Source: Candidatus Accumulibacter adiacens
GTDB taxonomy: Bacteria; Pseudomonadota; Gammaproteobacteria; Burkholderiales; Rhodocyclaceae
DNA length: 43,002 nucleotides
Reading direction: 5' to 3'
Assembly: GCA_000987445.1 (NCBI GenBank)
Contig: LBIU01000016.1
Location: 1-43,002, forward strand
Every line of letters begins with the position of its first letter. Positions within the stretch are counted from its first letter, which is position 1. Made by a program: the position numbers and the translations under genes. The notes beneath the pieces were generated by a model that was not told where the DNA came from, did no database searches, and worked only from the letters and a program-made list of their open reading frames with translations. This document shows, piece by piece, positions 19,129 through 29,869 of this stretch.

Positions 19129-19811
19129 CAGCTGCCCTCCCCGAGCGCATCGAGCTTCAGTTGCAGCACTTCCCGGTAGGCGGCATTGGCCTGCGCTGCC
19201 TGCAGGGTGTTTCGTCCCGGGCTGCTCGGCCCGCCTTGATCGAGTCTGGCCAGAGCGCCCTGATAGGCTTCACGTGCCTCTGTTTTCTTCCCCGCAGCGC
19301 TGAGCACGTCGCCACGCATGTTCAGGTACAGGGTCGAGAACCCGGCACCAGCGCCGCCTTCAAGCTGCCGCAGTGCTTCGTCGTAGGCTTTTTCGTCCAG
19401 CAGCACGGCCGCCAGCCGCAAGCGCGCCAGATCGCGCAACTCATGCTCGCCGTTTTCGACCACCCACAGCAACTGCAACTTGGCGGTCTTCATATCGCCG
19501 GCGTCAACCATTACCCTGGCCGCCGACAGCGCAGCCAGCGGCGCATAAGCCGTGCCAGCGAATTTCTCCAGCAGTTCACCGCTCGCCGTCTTGACGCGCT
19601 GTGAATCGTCTTCAGCGACTGCCTTCTGCAGCGCCGCGTAGACCATCGACGCCTTGGCCGCCTGACTCCGTTGGTACCAATTCCAGCCTTGCCAGGCAAT
19701 GACGCCGATCGAGACTGCGGTGACAATGCCCACCACCAGATTGCCATGCTGTTGCCACCAGGCCTTGATCTCGGCGATCTGTTCCTGTTCTTCGAGGTCG
19801 TAGGTAGCCAT
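19128..19811 (-). CDS. yfgM: YfgM family TPR membrane protein
   Basis: YDLEEQEQI...WW, single TM, LARLRLA; between hisS and bamB. Confidence 0.92.
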   Translation of the reverse strand: MATYDLEEQEQIAEIKAWWQQHGNLVVGIVTAVSIGVIAWQGWNWYQRSQAAKASMVYAALQKAVAEDDSQRVKTASGELLEKFAGTAYAPLAALSAARVMVDAGDMKTAKLQLLWVVENGEHELRDLARLRLAAVLLDEKAYDEALRQLEGGAGAGFSTLYLNMRGDVLSAAGKKTEAREAYQGALARLDQGGPSSPGRNTLQAAQANAAYREVLQLKLDALGEGS

Positions 19812-21109
19812 TACGATTCGTCCCAATCCAAAATAGAGCTCATGATTTCGTCGGCGACGGCATCAATGCCGACCCGCTTCTGTTGATTCGGCTGTTCGCC
19901 GGTCGCGCGCAACGGCTTGAGCGTCACTTCGCCCGCGCCTGCCTCGTCATCGCCGATGATCACCGCAAAGCCAGCTCCCGAGGCGTCGGCTTTCTTCATC
20001 TGCGACTTGAAACTGCCGCCACCGCAATGGAAAAGCACATCGATAGCGCGGTCACGTAGGCCCTCGGCGACCCGCGCGGCCAAGCGCGAAGCCGCAATAC
20101 CCTGGTGCACGAGATAGACATCGACTGCCCCTGCCTTGGGCTCGCCCCCTGCTTCGCGAATCAGCGTAATCAGTCGCTCGACGCCCATCGCGAAACCGCA
20201 AGCCGGCGCCGGTTTGCCGCCCAGCTGCTGCACCAGGCCATCGTAGCGACCGCCGGCACAAACCGTCCCCTGCGCGCCCAGGCGATCGGTCACCCATTCG
20301 AAAACGGTCAGATTGTAGTAGTCGAGTCCGCGCACCAGGCGCGGGTTGATCTCGAAAGGCTGGCCAGCATCGCGCAAGACCTGCTGCACGCCTTCAAAAT
20401 GGGCCATCGACTCGCCACCGAGATAATCAATGAGTTTCGGCGCAGCGAGTATCAGCTCCTCTAGCGCCGGGTTCTTGCTGTCGAGGATGCGCAAGGGATT
20501 GCTGTGCAATCGCCTTCTGGCGTCGTCGTCGAGTAGTTCGCTGTGCTGCTCGAGATAGTCGATCAGCTCGGCGCGATGGCTGGCCCGTTCCGCGGCTTGT
20601 CCCAGGGTGTTCAGTTGCAGGCTGATGCCGTCGAGCCCCAGGTCGTCCCACAGGCGAGCACCCATCAGGATCTGTTCCGCGTCGATATCCGGCCCGGGGA
20701 AGCCCAGCGCTTCGACGCCGACCTGATGGAACTGGCGATAACGGCCTTTCTGTGGTCTTTCATGACGAAACATCTGGCCCATGTAGTAGAGCCGCTGCGG
20801 CTGCTGGGCAATCAGATTGTGCTGGATGACGGCGCGCACACAGCCGGCGGTTCCTTCGGGACGCAGCGTCAGCTGCTCACCATTCAGGCTATCGACAAAC
20901 GAATACATCTCCTTCTCGACGATGTCGGTGACCTCGCCGATGGCACGCTTGAAGAGCGGCGTCGGCTCAACGATCGGCAGACGCAGCGGCCGGTAACCGT
21001 AGCTCTTCAGCCAGGAACGAATGGTCTCGTCGAACAGGTCCCAGAATTCGGCCTCGTCCGGCAGGATGTCGTTCATGCCGCGAACGGACTGGATCTTCTG
21101 ACTGATCAT
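19811..21109 (-). CDS. hisS: Histidine--tRNA ligase
   Basis: [40 protein letters not shown]. Confidence 0.98.
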   Translation of the reverse strand: MISQKIQSVRGMNDILPDEAEFWDLFDETIRSWLKSYGYRPLRLPIVEPTPLFKRAIGEVTDIVEKEMYSFVDSLNGEQLTLRPEGTAGCVRAVIQHNLIAQQPQRLYYMGQMFRHERPQKGRYRQFHQVGVEALGFPGPDIDAEQILMGARLWDDLGLDGISLQLNTLGQAAERASHRAELIDYLEQHSELLDDDARRRLHSNPLRILDSKNPALEELILAAPKLIDYLGGESMAHFEGVQQVLRDAGQPFEINPRLVRGLDYYNLTVFEWVTDRLGAQGTVCAGGRYDGLVQQLGGKPAPACGFAMGVERLITLIREAGGEPKAGAVDVYLVHQGIAASRLAARVAEGLRDRAIDVLFHCGGGSFKSQMKKADASGAGFAVIIGDDEAGAGEVTLKPLRATGEQPNQQKRVGIDAVADEIMSSILDWDES

Positions 21110-22350
21110 TTGGCGGCACACTTCCTCTGATAGCTGCGTGCCACGTAGGCATCGACAATGGCGGTAAATTCTGCGGCAATATGATCGCCGCGCAGGGTTA
21201 CGGTCTTCGCACCATCCTCGAACACTGGCGCCGCTGGCGTCTCGCCGGTGCCGGGCAGGCTGATGCCGATGTTGGCGTGCTTGCTCTCGCCCGGCCCATT
21301 GACGACGCAGCCCATCACCGCCAGGGTCATGTTCTCGACACCGTCATACTCGCTACGCCAGTGCGGCATGCGCTCACGAACGTGCTCCTGAATCGACTGC
21401 GCCAGTTCCTGAAAGAAGGTGCTGGTCGTACGGCCGCAACCGGGACAGGCGACAACCATCGGGGAGAAGGCCCGTAGCCCCATGGTCTGCAACATCTCCT
21501 GGGCGACAATCACCTCCTGCGTGCGCTTGCCGCCCGGTTCCGGGGTCAGCGAAACGCGGATGGTGTCGCCGATGCCCTCCTGCAGCAGCACCGCCATGGC
21601 CGCGGTAGACGCAACGATGCCTTTGGAACCCATCCCCGCCTCGGTCAGACCGAGATGCAGGGGGTAATCGCAGCGCCGCGACAGCTCGCGATAAATGGCG
21701 ATCAGGTCCTGCACAGCGGACACCTTGCACGAGAGGATGATGCGCTCACCCGGCAGACCGATTTCTTCGGCTCGGGCGGCTGATTCCAGCGCCGAGGCAA
21801 CCATGGCCTCACGCATCACCTCGATGGCGTCGCTCGGCTCGGCGCGACGAGCATTCTCGTCCATGACCCGGGCCAGCAGATCCTGATCGAGGCTGCCCCA
21901 GTTCACACCAATACGCACCGGCTTGTCGTAGCGGCATGCCATCTCGATCATCTGCGCGAACTGTTCGTCACGCTTTCGGCCGTGACCGACATTGCCCGGG
22001 TTGATGCGATATTTGGCCAGCAGCCGGGCGCAGTCCGGCTGCTCGGCGAGCAGGCGGTGACCGTTATAGTGGAAGTCGCCGATCAGCGGCACATCGACGC
22101 CCATGCGCTCGAGTTGCGCGCAAATCGCCGGCACCGCCGCGGCAGCCTCAGGCGTATTGACGGTGATACGCACCAGTTCCGAACCGGCCCCCGCCAATTC
22201 GGCGCACTGGATCGCCGTGCGCACGGCATCTGCGGTATCGGTATTGGTCATCGACTGGACGACCACCGGCGCGTCGCCGCCAACGCTGACCCGGCCAATG
22301 CGGACGGCACGGGTCCGCCGCCGCGCTGCGCCGGGAAGTAAGTTGCTCAT
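21106..22350 (-). CDS. ispG: HMBPP synthase (GcpE)
   Basis: [37 protein letters not shown]. Confidence 0.97.
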   Translation of the reverse strand: MSNLLPGAARRRTRAVRIGRVSVGGDAPVVVQSMTNTDTADAVRTAIQCAELAGAGSELVRITVNTPEAAAAVPAICAQLERMGVDVPLIGDFHYNGHRLLAEQPDCARLLAKYRINPGNVGHGRKRDEQFAQMIEMACRYDKPVRIGVNWGSLDQDLLARVMDENARRAEPSDAIEVMREAMVASALESAARAEEIGLPGERIILSCKVSAVQDLIAIYRELSRRCDYPLHLGLTEAGMGSKGIVASTAAMAVLLQEGIGDTIRVSLTPEPGGKRTQEVIVAQEMLQTMGLRAFSPMVVACPGCGRTTSTFFQELAQSIQEHVRERMPHWRSEYDGVENMTLAVMGCVVNGPGESKHANIGISLPGTGETPAAPVFEDGAKTVTLRGDHIAAEFTAIVDAYVARSYQRKCAAK

Positions 22351-22375
22351 GGCGAGTCCACCGCTTGCCAAATCC

Positions 22376-23416
22376 TCATTCGACCGACAGCCGCGCGACG
22401 CCCTTGCTGGTATGCGGGCCCAGATCCACGGGCTTGCCCTTGTACTCCACCGCCACGTACTTGGCATTGCCAAGCACCAACGAGAACGGTGGCTGCCCCT
22501 TGAGTTCCTGCTGACTACCGGCAGGCTTGACGCCGAACGCAATAACTTCGCCGCGTGCGTCACGCACCTCTATCCACGCCGCCTGGGTGAAACTGAGCTT
22601 GAGGACGTCAGCGGGCGCCGCTTCCGGCGCGACTTCCGATTTCAGCTCCGCTGCCGACTCCGGCTTGGCAGCTGCGCTGGTCTCGGCCGCGGCGGCCGCC
22701 TTGCCGTCCGCTTTGGCATCGGCCTTGGCCGCCGTGCCGGCGACCGTCGGCGCCTGCCCTTCCGGCACCACGGCCGCGCCCGGCACGTCGGCTGCGTCCG
22801 GCTTTTCTGCCGCGCTCGGCGCCGGGGTCACGGTGCCAAGCACCGTCAGGGGAGCGGCGACCTCGCCAGGCTGGCTCAGGCTGGTCTGTGTCTCAGCGGC
22901 AGTCTGCGAGGTCTCACTTCCGGTCAACGCCGCCAATTGCTCCGCCCAGAAATCCTGTGGAACATAAAAATAGGCCAGCAGTGCCAGCACCAGCAGCACC
23001 AGACCACCCACCACCGCCAGGTAGTCGCGTCTTTCCGCCTGATCGCCAGCCTGCGGAAGATGCGAGCTGGTTCCTGCCGAGGCCTCGAGTTGCAGGGTCC
23101 GCTGCATGCGTGTCGCATCGAGCCCACGCATCAGGGCATCGGCGTCCAGGTTGAGCACCCGGGCGTAGTTGCGTACGAAGCCACGAATCATCGTGTTGCC
23201 GGGCAAGGCGCCCCAGTCCTCGCTCTCGATCGCCGCCACCTGCCTGGGCGCGAGCTTCAACGACTGTGCCGCCTCGGCCAGGGTAAGGTTCTTGGCTTCG
23301 CGCGCAGAACGCAGCTGCTGCCCAACGCCTCTGGCATCGGGCAAGCCCTCTATCGAGGCGTTCCCGCCTTGCAAACTCGGCTCGCTATTATTTGAAAACA
23401 CGGATTGATCACTCAT
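22376..23416 (-). CDS. rodZ: Cytoskeleton protein RodZ
   Basis: N-terminal HTH (RGFVRNYAR), one TM, Ala/Pro-rich linker, C-terminal DUF4115-like WIEVRD..LGNA. Confidence 0.88.
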   Translation of the reverse strand: MSDQSVFSNNSEPSLQGGNASIEGLPDARGVGQQLRSAREAKNLTLAEAAQSLKLAPRQVAAIESEDWGALPGNTMIRGFVRNYARVLNLDADALMRGLDATRMQRTLQLEASAGTSSHLPQAGDQAERRDYLAVVGGLVLLVLALLAYFYVPQDFWAEQLAALTGSETSQTAAETQTSLSQPGEVAAPLTVLGTVTPAPSAAEKPDAADVPGAAVVPEGQAPTVAGTAAKADAKADGKAAAAAETSAAAKPESAAELKSEVAPEAAPADVLKLSFTQAAWIEVRDARGEVIAFGVKPAGSQQELKGQPPFSLVLGNAKYVAVEYKGKPVDLGPHTSKGVARLSVE

Positions 23417-24222
23417 TCGAAGTTGCCTTTCAGCAGTTCCTGAGCCTCGGGTGAAAGCGGGAATTTTCGCTTCAACTGGGCGCCATAGCGGGCTTCAGCC
23501 AGGCGATCACCCAGCTTCCGCTCGACCCGCACGGCCAACCAGAGCGCCTCAGCATTTGGCTCGGTCTTGCGCAACAGATCCGAAAGTTGCTGACTGGCAA
23601 GCTCTACCTGGCCGCGTCGGTAATTGATCTCCGCACGCTGCAACAGCGCCTGCGGATTGTTCGGCCGGATAAGCAGGCTGTGTTCTACAAAACCCTCGGC
23701 AGCATCCAGATCGCCGAGTTTCGCGTAGCAGGCGCCCGCGTTCAGATACGCCCGCTCCGGGGTCTCGTACAAGGCGTTCTTCATGGCCCGCTGCAGGTGC
23801 GGGATGGCTTCCTTCTCCCGTCCCACCTGACAGAGAAACCAGCCGTAGTTATTGTTGAGTTCGGGATCATTGGGGTCCAGATGGAGGGCCTGTTGAAAGT
23901 CCCGGTCGGCGAGTGCCATCTCGCGGATATGGAAGAGCACCAGTCCACGGGCCCCGTACGCCGGCGCATAGTCCGGATCAATGACGATGGCCATGGTCAG
24001 CTCCTCGAGTGCCACCGAAAGGTTCTGGCTCTGCAAATAGAGCGCCCCCAACTCCGTATGCAGTTTGGCGCGCGTGCGATTATCGCGCGGGGGCGTCGGC
24101 CGTCGCGAGTCCGGCTCTTCCTCGGCGGGCTTTTGCGGCGTGCTCGGCGAAGACGACAAGATCCCCGATGAGCAGGCACTGACGCTCAGCACAACAATGA
24201 TCCCGAGGGCAGCTCGCCTCAT
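23413..24222 (-). CDS. pilW: Type IV pilus biogenesis/stability TPR lipoprotein PilW (PilF)
   Basis: Lipobox VSAC, TPR with NNNYGWFLC; ATGA overlap with rlmN stop. Confidence 0.9.
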   Translation of the reverse strand: MRRAALGIIVVLSVSACSSGILSSSPSTPQKPAEEEPDSRRPTPPRDNRTRAKLHTELGALYLQSQNLSVALEELTMAIVIDPDYAPAYGARGLVLFHIREMALADRDFQQALHLDPNDPELNNNYGWFLCQVGREKEAIPHLQRAMKNALYETPERAYLNAGACYAKLGDLDAAEGFVEHSLLIRPNNPQALLQRAEINYRRGQVELASQQLSDLLRKTEPNAEALWLAVRVERKLGDRLAEARYGAQLKRKFPLSPEAQELLKGNFE

Positions 24223-25334
24223 CCGCAAACCTCACGACGATCCTGGTACAGAACAAAGCTTCGCCGGGTCGTGCGCTGCGTGCGGTCGAGGACCTGTCCG
24301 GCGAGCTGACCGCAGGCGGCATCGATGTCGTCACCGCGCGTCTTGCGTGTCGTGGTCACCACACCGGCGGCCATCAGAAGCTCGGCGAAACGCCGAATCC
24401 GCGGCGCTGGCGAGCGGCGATAGGGGGAGCCCGGAAAAGAGTTGAAGGGAATCAGGTTGAACTTGCAGGGCACGTCCCGGGTCAGCGCCAGGGCCTCGCG
24501 GGCATGTGCGTCGGCGTCATTGATGCCGTCCAGCATCACATACTCGAAAGTCACGAAATCACGCGGCGCCTTTTCCAGGTAGCGCCGACAAGCCGCCATC
24601 AGTTCATGCAAAGGGTATTTCCGGTTGATTGGCACCAGCTCATCGCGCAAACGGTCATTCGGCGCATGCAGGGAAACCGCCAAGGCCACCGGACACTCGT
24701 CGCGCAAACGGTCCATCGCCGGCACCAGGCCCGACGTGGAAACCGTCACCCGCCGCCGCGACAAACCATAAGCATTATCGTCAAGCATCAGACGCAAGGC
24801 CAGCACGGTATTGTCGAGGTTGGCCAGTGGCTCACCCATGCCCATCAATACGACATTGCTGACCACCCGCTCGACGGAACCTGCCGCCGGCTGGTAGGCG
24901 CCAAGCGCATGCCGTGCCTGCCACAACTGCCCGACGATCTCGGCCACCGTCAGGTTGCGATTGAACCCCTGCTTGCCGGTCGAACAGAAGGAACAATCAA
25001 GCGCGCAGCCGGCCTGGGTCGAGATGCACAGCGTGCCGCGGTCGTCCTCGGGAATGAACACCGCCTCGACGGCATTGCCGCCACCGACATCGAACAGAAA
25101 CTTGCGCGTGCCGTCGCCGGATAGGCGATCGGCAACCACTGTCGGCGGCGCCACCACGGCCAGCGCCTTGAGCTGCTCGCGCAGGCTGCGCGCGATGTCG
25201 GTCATGGCATCAAAATCTGCCTGCCCGAAACGATGCATCCAGCGCAACACCTGCCTGGCGCGAAAAGGTTTCTCGCCATGGCGGGCGAAAAACGCCGTCA
25301 GGCTGGCGGCATCGAGATCGAGCAGGTTAACCAT
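24219..25334 (-). CDS. rlmN: 23S rRNA m2A2503/tRNA methyltransferase RlmN
   Basis: [30 protein letters not shown]. Confidence 0.97.
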   Translation of the reverse strand: MVNLLDLDAASLTAFFARHGEKPFRARQVLRWMHRFGQADFDAMTDIARSLREQLKALAVVAPPTVVADRLSGDGTRKFLFDVGGGNAVEAVFIPEDDRGTLCISTQAGCALDCSFCSTGKQGFNRNLTVAEIVGQLWQARHALGAYQPAAGSVERVVSNVVLMGMGEPLANLDNTVLALRLMLDDNAYGLSRRRVTVSTSGLVPAMDRLRDECPVALAVSLHAPNDRLRDELVPINRKYPLHELMAACRRYLEKAPRDFVTFEYVMLDGINDADAHAREALALTRDVPCKFNLIPFNSFPGSPYRRSPAPRIRRFAELLMAAGVVTTTRKTRGDDIDAACGQLAGQVLDRTQRTTRRSFVLYQDRREVCG

Positions 25335-25356
25335 CGGGCGAGCAGAAGCTGGCGAC

Positions 25357-25785
25357 CTAGCGGCCCGAATAGACGGACATGGCCGGGAAAAAGAAGGCGA
25401 TCTCAGTCTTCGCCGTCTCCTCGCCATCGGAACCATGCACGGCGTTGGCGTCGATCGATTCGGCGAAATCGGCACGGATCGTTCCCGGCTCCGCCTTCTT
25501 CGGGTCGGTCGCGCCCATCAGCTCACGATTCTTGGCAATGGCGCTCTCGCCCTCGAGCACCTGGATCATCACCGGCCCGGAAATCATGAACGAAACCAGA
25601 TCCTTGAAAAACGGACGCTCCTGGTGCACCGCGTAGAAGGCGCCCGCCTCCTGGGGCGACAACCAAGCCAACTTGGCGGCGATCACCTTCAAGCCGTTGC
25701 TTTCAAAGCGGGAGTAGATCTTGCCGATGACGTTCTTGGCGACAGCGTCAGGCTTGATGATGGAAAGAGTACGTTCGATGGCCAT
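25357..25785 (-). CDS. ndk: Nucleoside diphosphate kinase
   Basis: [26 protein letters not shown]. Confidence 0.98.
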   Translation of the reverse strand: MAIERTLSIIKPDAVAKNVIGKIYSRFESNGLKVIAAKLAWLSPQEAGAFYAVHQERPFFKDLVSFMISGPVMIQVLEGESAIAKNRELMGATDPKKAEPGTIRADFAESIDANAVHGSDGEETAKTEIAFFFPAMSVYSGR

Positions 25786-25856
25786 GAATGATTCTCCAAA
25801 CGGAAGGCAGTCAATAAAAACAACGGCAAATCATGTCGCTAGAAACACAACCTCAT

Positions 25857-25865
25857 ATTATACCA
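25857..25865 (-). promoter_or_regulatory. Extended -10 promoter for the ndk operon
   Basis: TGgTATAAT ~70 nt upstream of ndk ATG. Confidence 0.55.
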
Positions 25866-25911
25866 ACACCCGGGTGCAAATCCGAAATTGCCGGCGCAGG
25901 AAAAGCGAGCT

Positions 25912-26002
25912 GCCGGATCAGGTCCGGCGACGACGCGGTCATTGCCATGACGCGCTCGTGAACGGCGTCGCGACGACATCGGCGACGACGGTTGGCAATG
26001 AC
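25912..26002. repeat. REP-like palindromic remnants
   Basis: gccgga-tcagg-tccggc hairpin, then gtcattgcca...tggcaatgac 10-bp inverted repeat. Confidence 0.45.
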
Positions 26003-26061
26003 GCGCAGGCCAGCAGAGGCGTGTTGACGAGCCGAGCGTCCGGCCGACGCTGGCGCTTGCT

Positions 26062-27075
26062 CTAGAACGTCGCCGGATCGAAGCCGGTTTCGCTATACAC
26101 GGACTGCAGGAGATCCTCGCCGATGCGCGACGCCATTTCCCGGTGCACCGGGATGAGCGCCTTCTTGAACGCCAGCCGCTGCGCCAGCGTCGGCACATGG
26201 ATGCGCGTCTTGCCGCTCTGGCGCACCAATTCGAGGTCCTGGTCATTCTGCTGCTTGGCGATCTGGTTAGTGTAGTCAGTCGCATCCTTCATCGCCAGGT
26301 CGAGCTGGCCGCGGACGTCGGCCGGCAAAGCCTCCCAGAACTTCTTGTCCACGATCACCACGTAACCCAGGTAACCGTGCTCGGTCATCGTCAGGTGCGA
26401 CTGAACCTCGAACATCTTCTGTGTAAAAAGGTTGGAAATCGGGTTTTCCGTGCCATCGACAACGCCGATCTTCAAGGCTTGATAGACTTCTGAAAAGGCC
26501 ATCACCCGCGGAATGGCATCGAGTGCCCGCATTTGCGCTTCAAGCACCTTGGACGGCTGAATGCGCATCTTCTTGCCCTTCAGGTCAGCGGGCATGAGGA
26601 TCGGCGTGTTCGCTGAAAACGACTTGAAACCGTTGTCCCAATAGGCCAAACCGATGATTCCTTTCGGCTCCAGCTTCCTGAAAAGACTCTTGCCGATCGG
26701 CCCCTGCGTCACCTTGTGCAAATCAGCATAGCTGTCGAAGATGTATGGCAGGTCATAGAGTTCGAACTCCCTGACCCCCAGCAGGCTGAACTTGGCCAGC
26801 GACGGTGCCACCATCTGCACGGCACCGAGCTGCAGCGCTTCAAGTTCCTCCTTGTCTTTGTAGAGCGTCGAATTGGGATAGACTTCGACCTTGATCCTGC
26901 CGCCGGTCCGTTCGGCGGCACGCTTGGCAAAGAACGCCGCGCCCAGGCCCTTGGGCGTATCCGGGGCCACGACGTGGCTAAACTTGATGACGATCGGGTC
27001 TTCCGCCTGAGCCGGGAGCGGTGTGCTGGAAATCACGACAGCGAGCAGGGCCAAGAGCAGACTGCGGATACTCAT
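26062..27075 (-). CDS. dctP: TRAP C4-dicarboxylate-binding periplasmic protein (orphan)
   Basis: Signal peptide, IKFSHVVA, VYPNSTL, WDNGFK, K.RIQ, DGTENP. Confidence 0.93.
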   Translation of the reverse strand: MSIRSLLLALLAVVISSTPLPAQAEDPIVIKFSHVVAPDTPKGLGAAFFAKRAAERTGGRIKVEVYPNSTLYKDKEELEALQLGAVQMVAPSLAKFSLLGVREFELYDLPYIFDSYADLHKVTQGPIGKSLFRKLEPKGIIGLAYWDNGFKSFSANTPILMPADLKGKKMRIQPSKVLEAQMRALDAIPRVMAFSEVYQALKIGVVDGTENPISNLFTQKMFEVQSHLTMTEHGYLGYVVIVDKKFWEALPADVRGQLDLAMKDATDYTNQIAKQQNDQDLELVRQSGKTRIHVPTLAQRLAFKKALIPVHREMASRIGEDLLQSVYSETGFDPATF

Positions 27076-27164
27076 ATACGCTTCTCCGTTCGAAAACTGG
27101 TCGTGCAATCAAGCAATTACTGTTCGGGATGAGCGAATACTACAAGAAACGGCGCTGACGAATA

Positions 27165-27177
27165 TTGTGGAAATCCG
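27165..27177. promoter_or_regulatory. Candidate DctR operator 1
   Basis: TTGTGGAAATCCG between divergent dctP and dctS; recurs at 36717. Confidence 0.5.
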
Positions 27178-27266
27178 TGATGCGAAGCGTCCGCAGGCCG
27201 CGCAGCCGGACGCCCGCCCTGTTCCTCTGCACCGCCTTGGGTATCAAATGGAGAAGATGGTCCGCG

Positions 27267-29261
27267 ATGAAAGACACCTATCTCCCGTACCAGAGTGAGC
27301 GCCGCCGGCCGTCTGCTCAGAACTGGTCGCACTGGTATCTCTCGATCCTCAAGCTGGCCGTCGGATTGCTCCTGATCCTGCTGATCGCGCTGCTCTGGCT
27401 GTTGCGCCAGAACGAGATCGACGAGCAACGATCGACCTTGATTGCCGACGTGCTGTGGCTCGAGCAGAGCGTCCGCTTCCACCTCGAGGGCAACTCGGAA
27501 CAACTGCGGCAACTGGCCCTGGATCTCGCCCGGACCAAGGACGACGGTACGCTTTTCACGCTGCGCGCCAGATATATCCTCAAGAACAGCCCGGAAGTCC
27601 AGCAGTTGCTCTGGCTGGACGGGACCGCGACCGCTGCACACGGAATGCCGACGCGAAACCTGCCTCGACGGGGCGGGAAGAATGCCGGTGAGAGTCCACT
27701 CAGCCGCGCCATCGAACTCGCGCAACTGGGCAAACCAACCTACAGTGATGCCTACCGGACAGAAAACGCAACCCAGTTCGAAGTCTACGTACCGATTTTC
27801 GACGGTGATCAGTATGCCGGCGCGCTGCTCGCTGTCTATTCCCTTGATGGCCTGCTCAAACAGCACGTTCCCTGGTGGTTCGCGAAGAAGTATCAGGTTC
27901 GCATCCTCGACGGCAATGGCAAGGTACTGGCCAGCAAGTCAAAAATCGACGCGGCACCAACGACAATCAGTTATCCGGTGATCTTCGACCCACCCGGCTA
28001 TGGCATGGTGCTCCAGGTCACCGCCTACCGTGGCGCCGACAACCTCGCACAAACACTGATTGCGGCGCTGATCATCATTCTCGCAGCAGCTGTTTTCTGG
28101 AGTCTGTGGGCGGTGCGCGGATTGATCCAGAGGCGCCTCTACGCCGAACAGGCACTGCGTTCGGAATATGCTTTCCGCAAGGCGATGGAGGACTCGCTGA
28201 TGGTCGGCATGCGCGCACGCGACATGCAGGGCCGGGTAAGCTACGTCAACCCGGCCTTCCTGAAGATGGTCGGCTTCAGTGCCGATGAGCTGATCGGCGT
28301 GGCGCCACCAATGCCCTACTGGGCGCCCGAGGAAATGGAAAGAACGCTGCAACTGCACAACGACGTTCTTGAGGGCAAAGCGCCGCATGAGGGTTTCGAA
28401 ATTCGCCTGATGCGCAAGGATCGCAGCCGCTTCGACGCGCTGGTCTACGAGGCGCCGCTGATTGATGCGGACGGCCAACAGACGGGCTGGATGGCTTCGA
28501 TCATCGACGTCACCGCACGCAAGCACGCCGAAGAACTCGCCCAGCAACAGCAGGAGAAACTGCAGGTCACGGCACGCCTGGTGACCATGGGCGAAATGGC
28601 TTCGACGCTGGCGCATGAGCTGAACCAGCCGCTGGCAGCGATAACCAGCTATAACACCGGCTGCCTGAACAAGCTCGAATCAGGCAACTTCAGCGCCGAG
28701 CAGCTGAAGGAAGCCCTCGGAAAACTGGCCGTTCAGGCGCAACGCGCCGGCCACATCATCCGGCGCGTACACGACTTCGTGCGCAAGAGCGAACCCAAGC
28801 GGGTGGCCTGCGACCTCGCCGAAGTGATCGACGACAGTGTCGGCTTCATCGACGGCGCAGCCAAGGCACGCGGCGTGCGTATCGTCCGCGAGATTCAGGG
28901 CATGCGCCCCGAACTGCTGGCTGACCCGGTAATGCTCGAGCAGGTGCTGCTCAACCTGATGCGCAACGGCATCGAAGCGATGCGCCACACGCCATCCGAG
29001 CTGCGCCGGCTGACTGTCAAACTCAGCCAGCTCGACAGGCAGCAAATGGAAATCCGGGTCATCGATCGTGGCCCGGGAATACCGCCCGAGGTCGAAGACA
29101 AGCTGTTCACCCCCTTGTTCTCGACCAAGGCCGAGGGCATGGGCATGGGCCTGAACATCTGCCGCTCGATCATCGAAGTCCACCACGGCCGCCTGTGGGT
29201 TGAAGCCAACCCCGACGGCGGCTCGATTTTCATCATCACTCTTCCGATTGTCATGCCATGA
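27267..29261 (+). CDS. dctS: C4-dicarboxylate sensor histidine kinase, DctS type
   Basis: Two TM, periplasmic sensor, PAS (PPMPYW), LAHELNQPL, GMGMGL; adjacent to dctP and a FixJ-type regulator. Confidence 0.85.
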   Translation: MKDTYLPYQSERRRPSAQNWSHWYLSILKLAVGLLLILLIALLWLLRQNEIDEQRSTLIADVLWLEQSVRFHLEGNSEQLRQLALDLARTKDDGTLFTLRARYILKNSPEVQQLLWLDGTATAAHGMPTRNLPRRGGKNAGESPLSRAIELAQLGKPTYSDAYRTENATQFEVYVPIFDGDQYAGALLAVYSLDGLLKQHVPWWFAKKYQVRILDGNGKVLASKSKIDAAPTTISYPVIFDPPGYGMVLQVTAYRGADNLAQTLIAALIIILAAAVFWSLWAVRGLIQRRLYAEQALRSEYAFRKAMEDSLMVGMRARDMQGRVSYVNPAFLKMVGFSADELIGVAPPMPYWAPEEMERTLQLHNDVLEGKAPHEGFEIRLMRKDRSRFDALVYEAPLIDADGQQTGWMASIIDVTARKHAEELAQQQQEKLQVTARLVTMGEMASTLAHELNQPLAAITSYNTGCLNKLESGNFSAEQLKEALGKLAVQAQRAGHIIRRVHDFVRKSEPKRVACDLAEVIDDSVGFIDGAAKARGVRIVREIQGMRPELLADPVMLEQVLLNLMRNGIEAMRHTPSELRRLTVKLSQLDRQQMEIRVIDRGPGIPPEVEDKLFTPLFSTKAEGMGMGLNICRSIIEVHHGRLWVEANPDGGSIFIITLPIVMP

Positions 29262-29857
29262 ATCCACACGCCTACCTCGTCGACGACGACGACGCCATCC
29301 GCGACTCACTCGGCTGGCTGCTCGAATCGCGTGGGGTGCCCTGCCTGAGCTACCCCTCTGCTGAAGACTTCCTGGCTGCCTGGGATCCCTCGCTGCCTGG
29401 CTGCATCCTGCTCGACATTCGCATGGACGGGATGAGCGGACCGGAGCTTTTTGATCTCCTCTGCGAGCGTGGCAGCACCCTGCCGGTGATCTTTCTCACC
29501 GGTCACGGCGACGTGCCCATGGCCGTATCGGCCCTCAAGCAAGGCGCTTTCGACTTCGTCGAAAAACCCTGCAACGACAACGAACTGGTCAATCGCGTCA
29601 TCGAAGCCCTGCAGCTCGATGAACACCAGCGCCTCGCCGCCGCCGACAGCGATTCGGTCAACAGCCTGACCAGCCGGCTCACGACACGAGAAAAGCAGGT
29701 CATGGAACGGGTGCTGGCCGGCACCCTGAACAAGGTAATCGCCGACGAACTGCAGATCAGCATGCGCACGGTCGAAGTACACCGGGCCAATCTTTTCGAA
29801 AAGATGGGCGTCCGCACTGCCGTCGAGCTGGCGCAATTGCTGGCTGGCAAGCGCTGA
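29258..29857 (+). CDS. dctR: FixJ/LuxR-family response regulator, DctR type
   Basis: LVDDD, LDIRM, TGHGD, EKP, TVEVHRA; ATGA overlap with the kinase. Confidence 0.87.
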   Translation: MNPHAYLVDDDDAIRDSLGWLLESRGVPCLSYPSAEDFLAAWDPSLPGCILLDIRMDGMSGPELFDLLCERGSTLPVIFLTGHGDVPMAVSALKQGAFDFVEKPCNDNELVNRVIEALQLDEHQRLAAADSDSVNSLTSRLTTREKQVMERVLAGTLNKVIADELQISMRTVEVHRANLFEKMGVRTAVELAQLLAGKR

Positions 29858-29869
29858 GCAGCGCAGCGG

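Noticed and set aside
22103-23395. Long antisense/alternate-frame ORFs (e.g. 430 aa here; also 320-1252, 3936-4934, 16677-17597, 40363-41286)
   Set aside because: Shadow ORFs of real genes in high-GC DNA; no recognisable motifs
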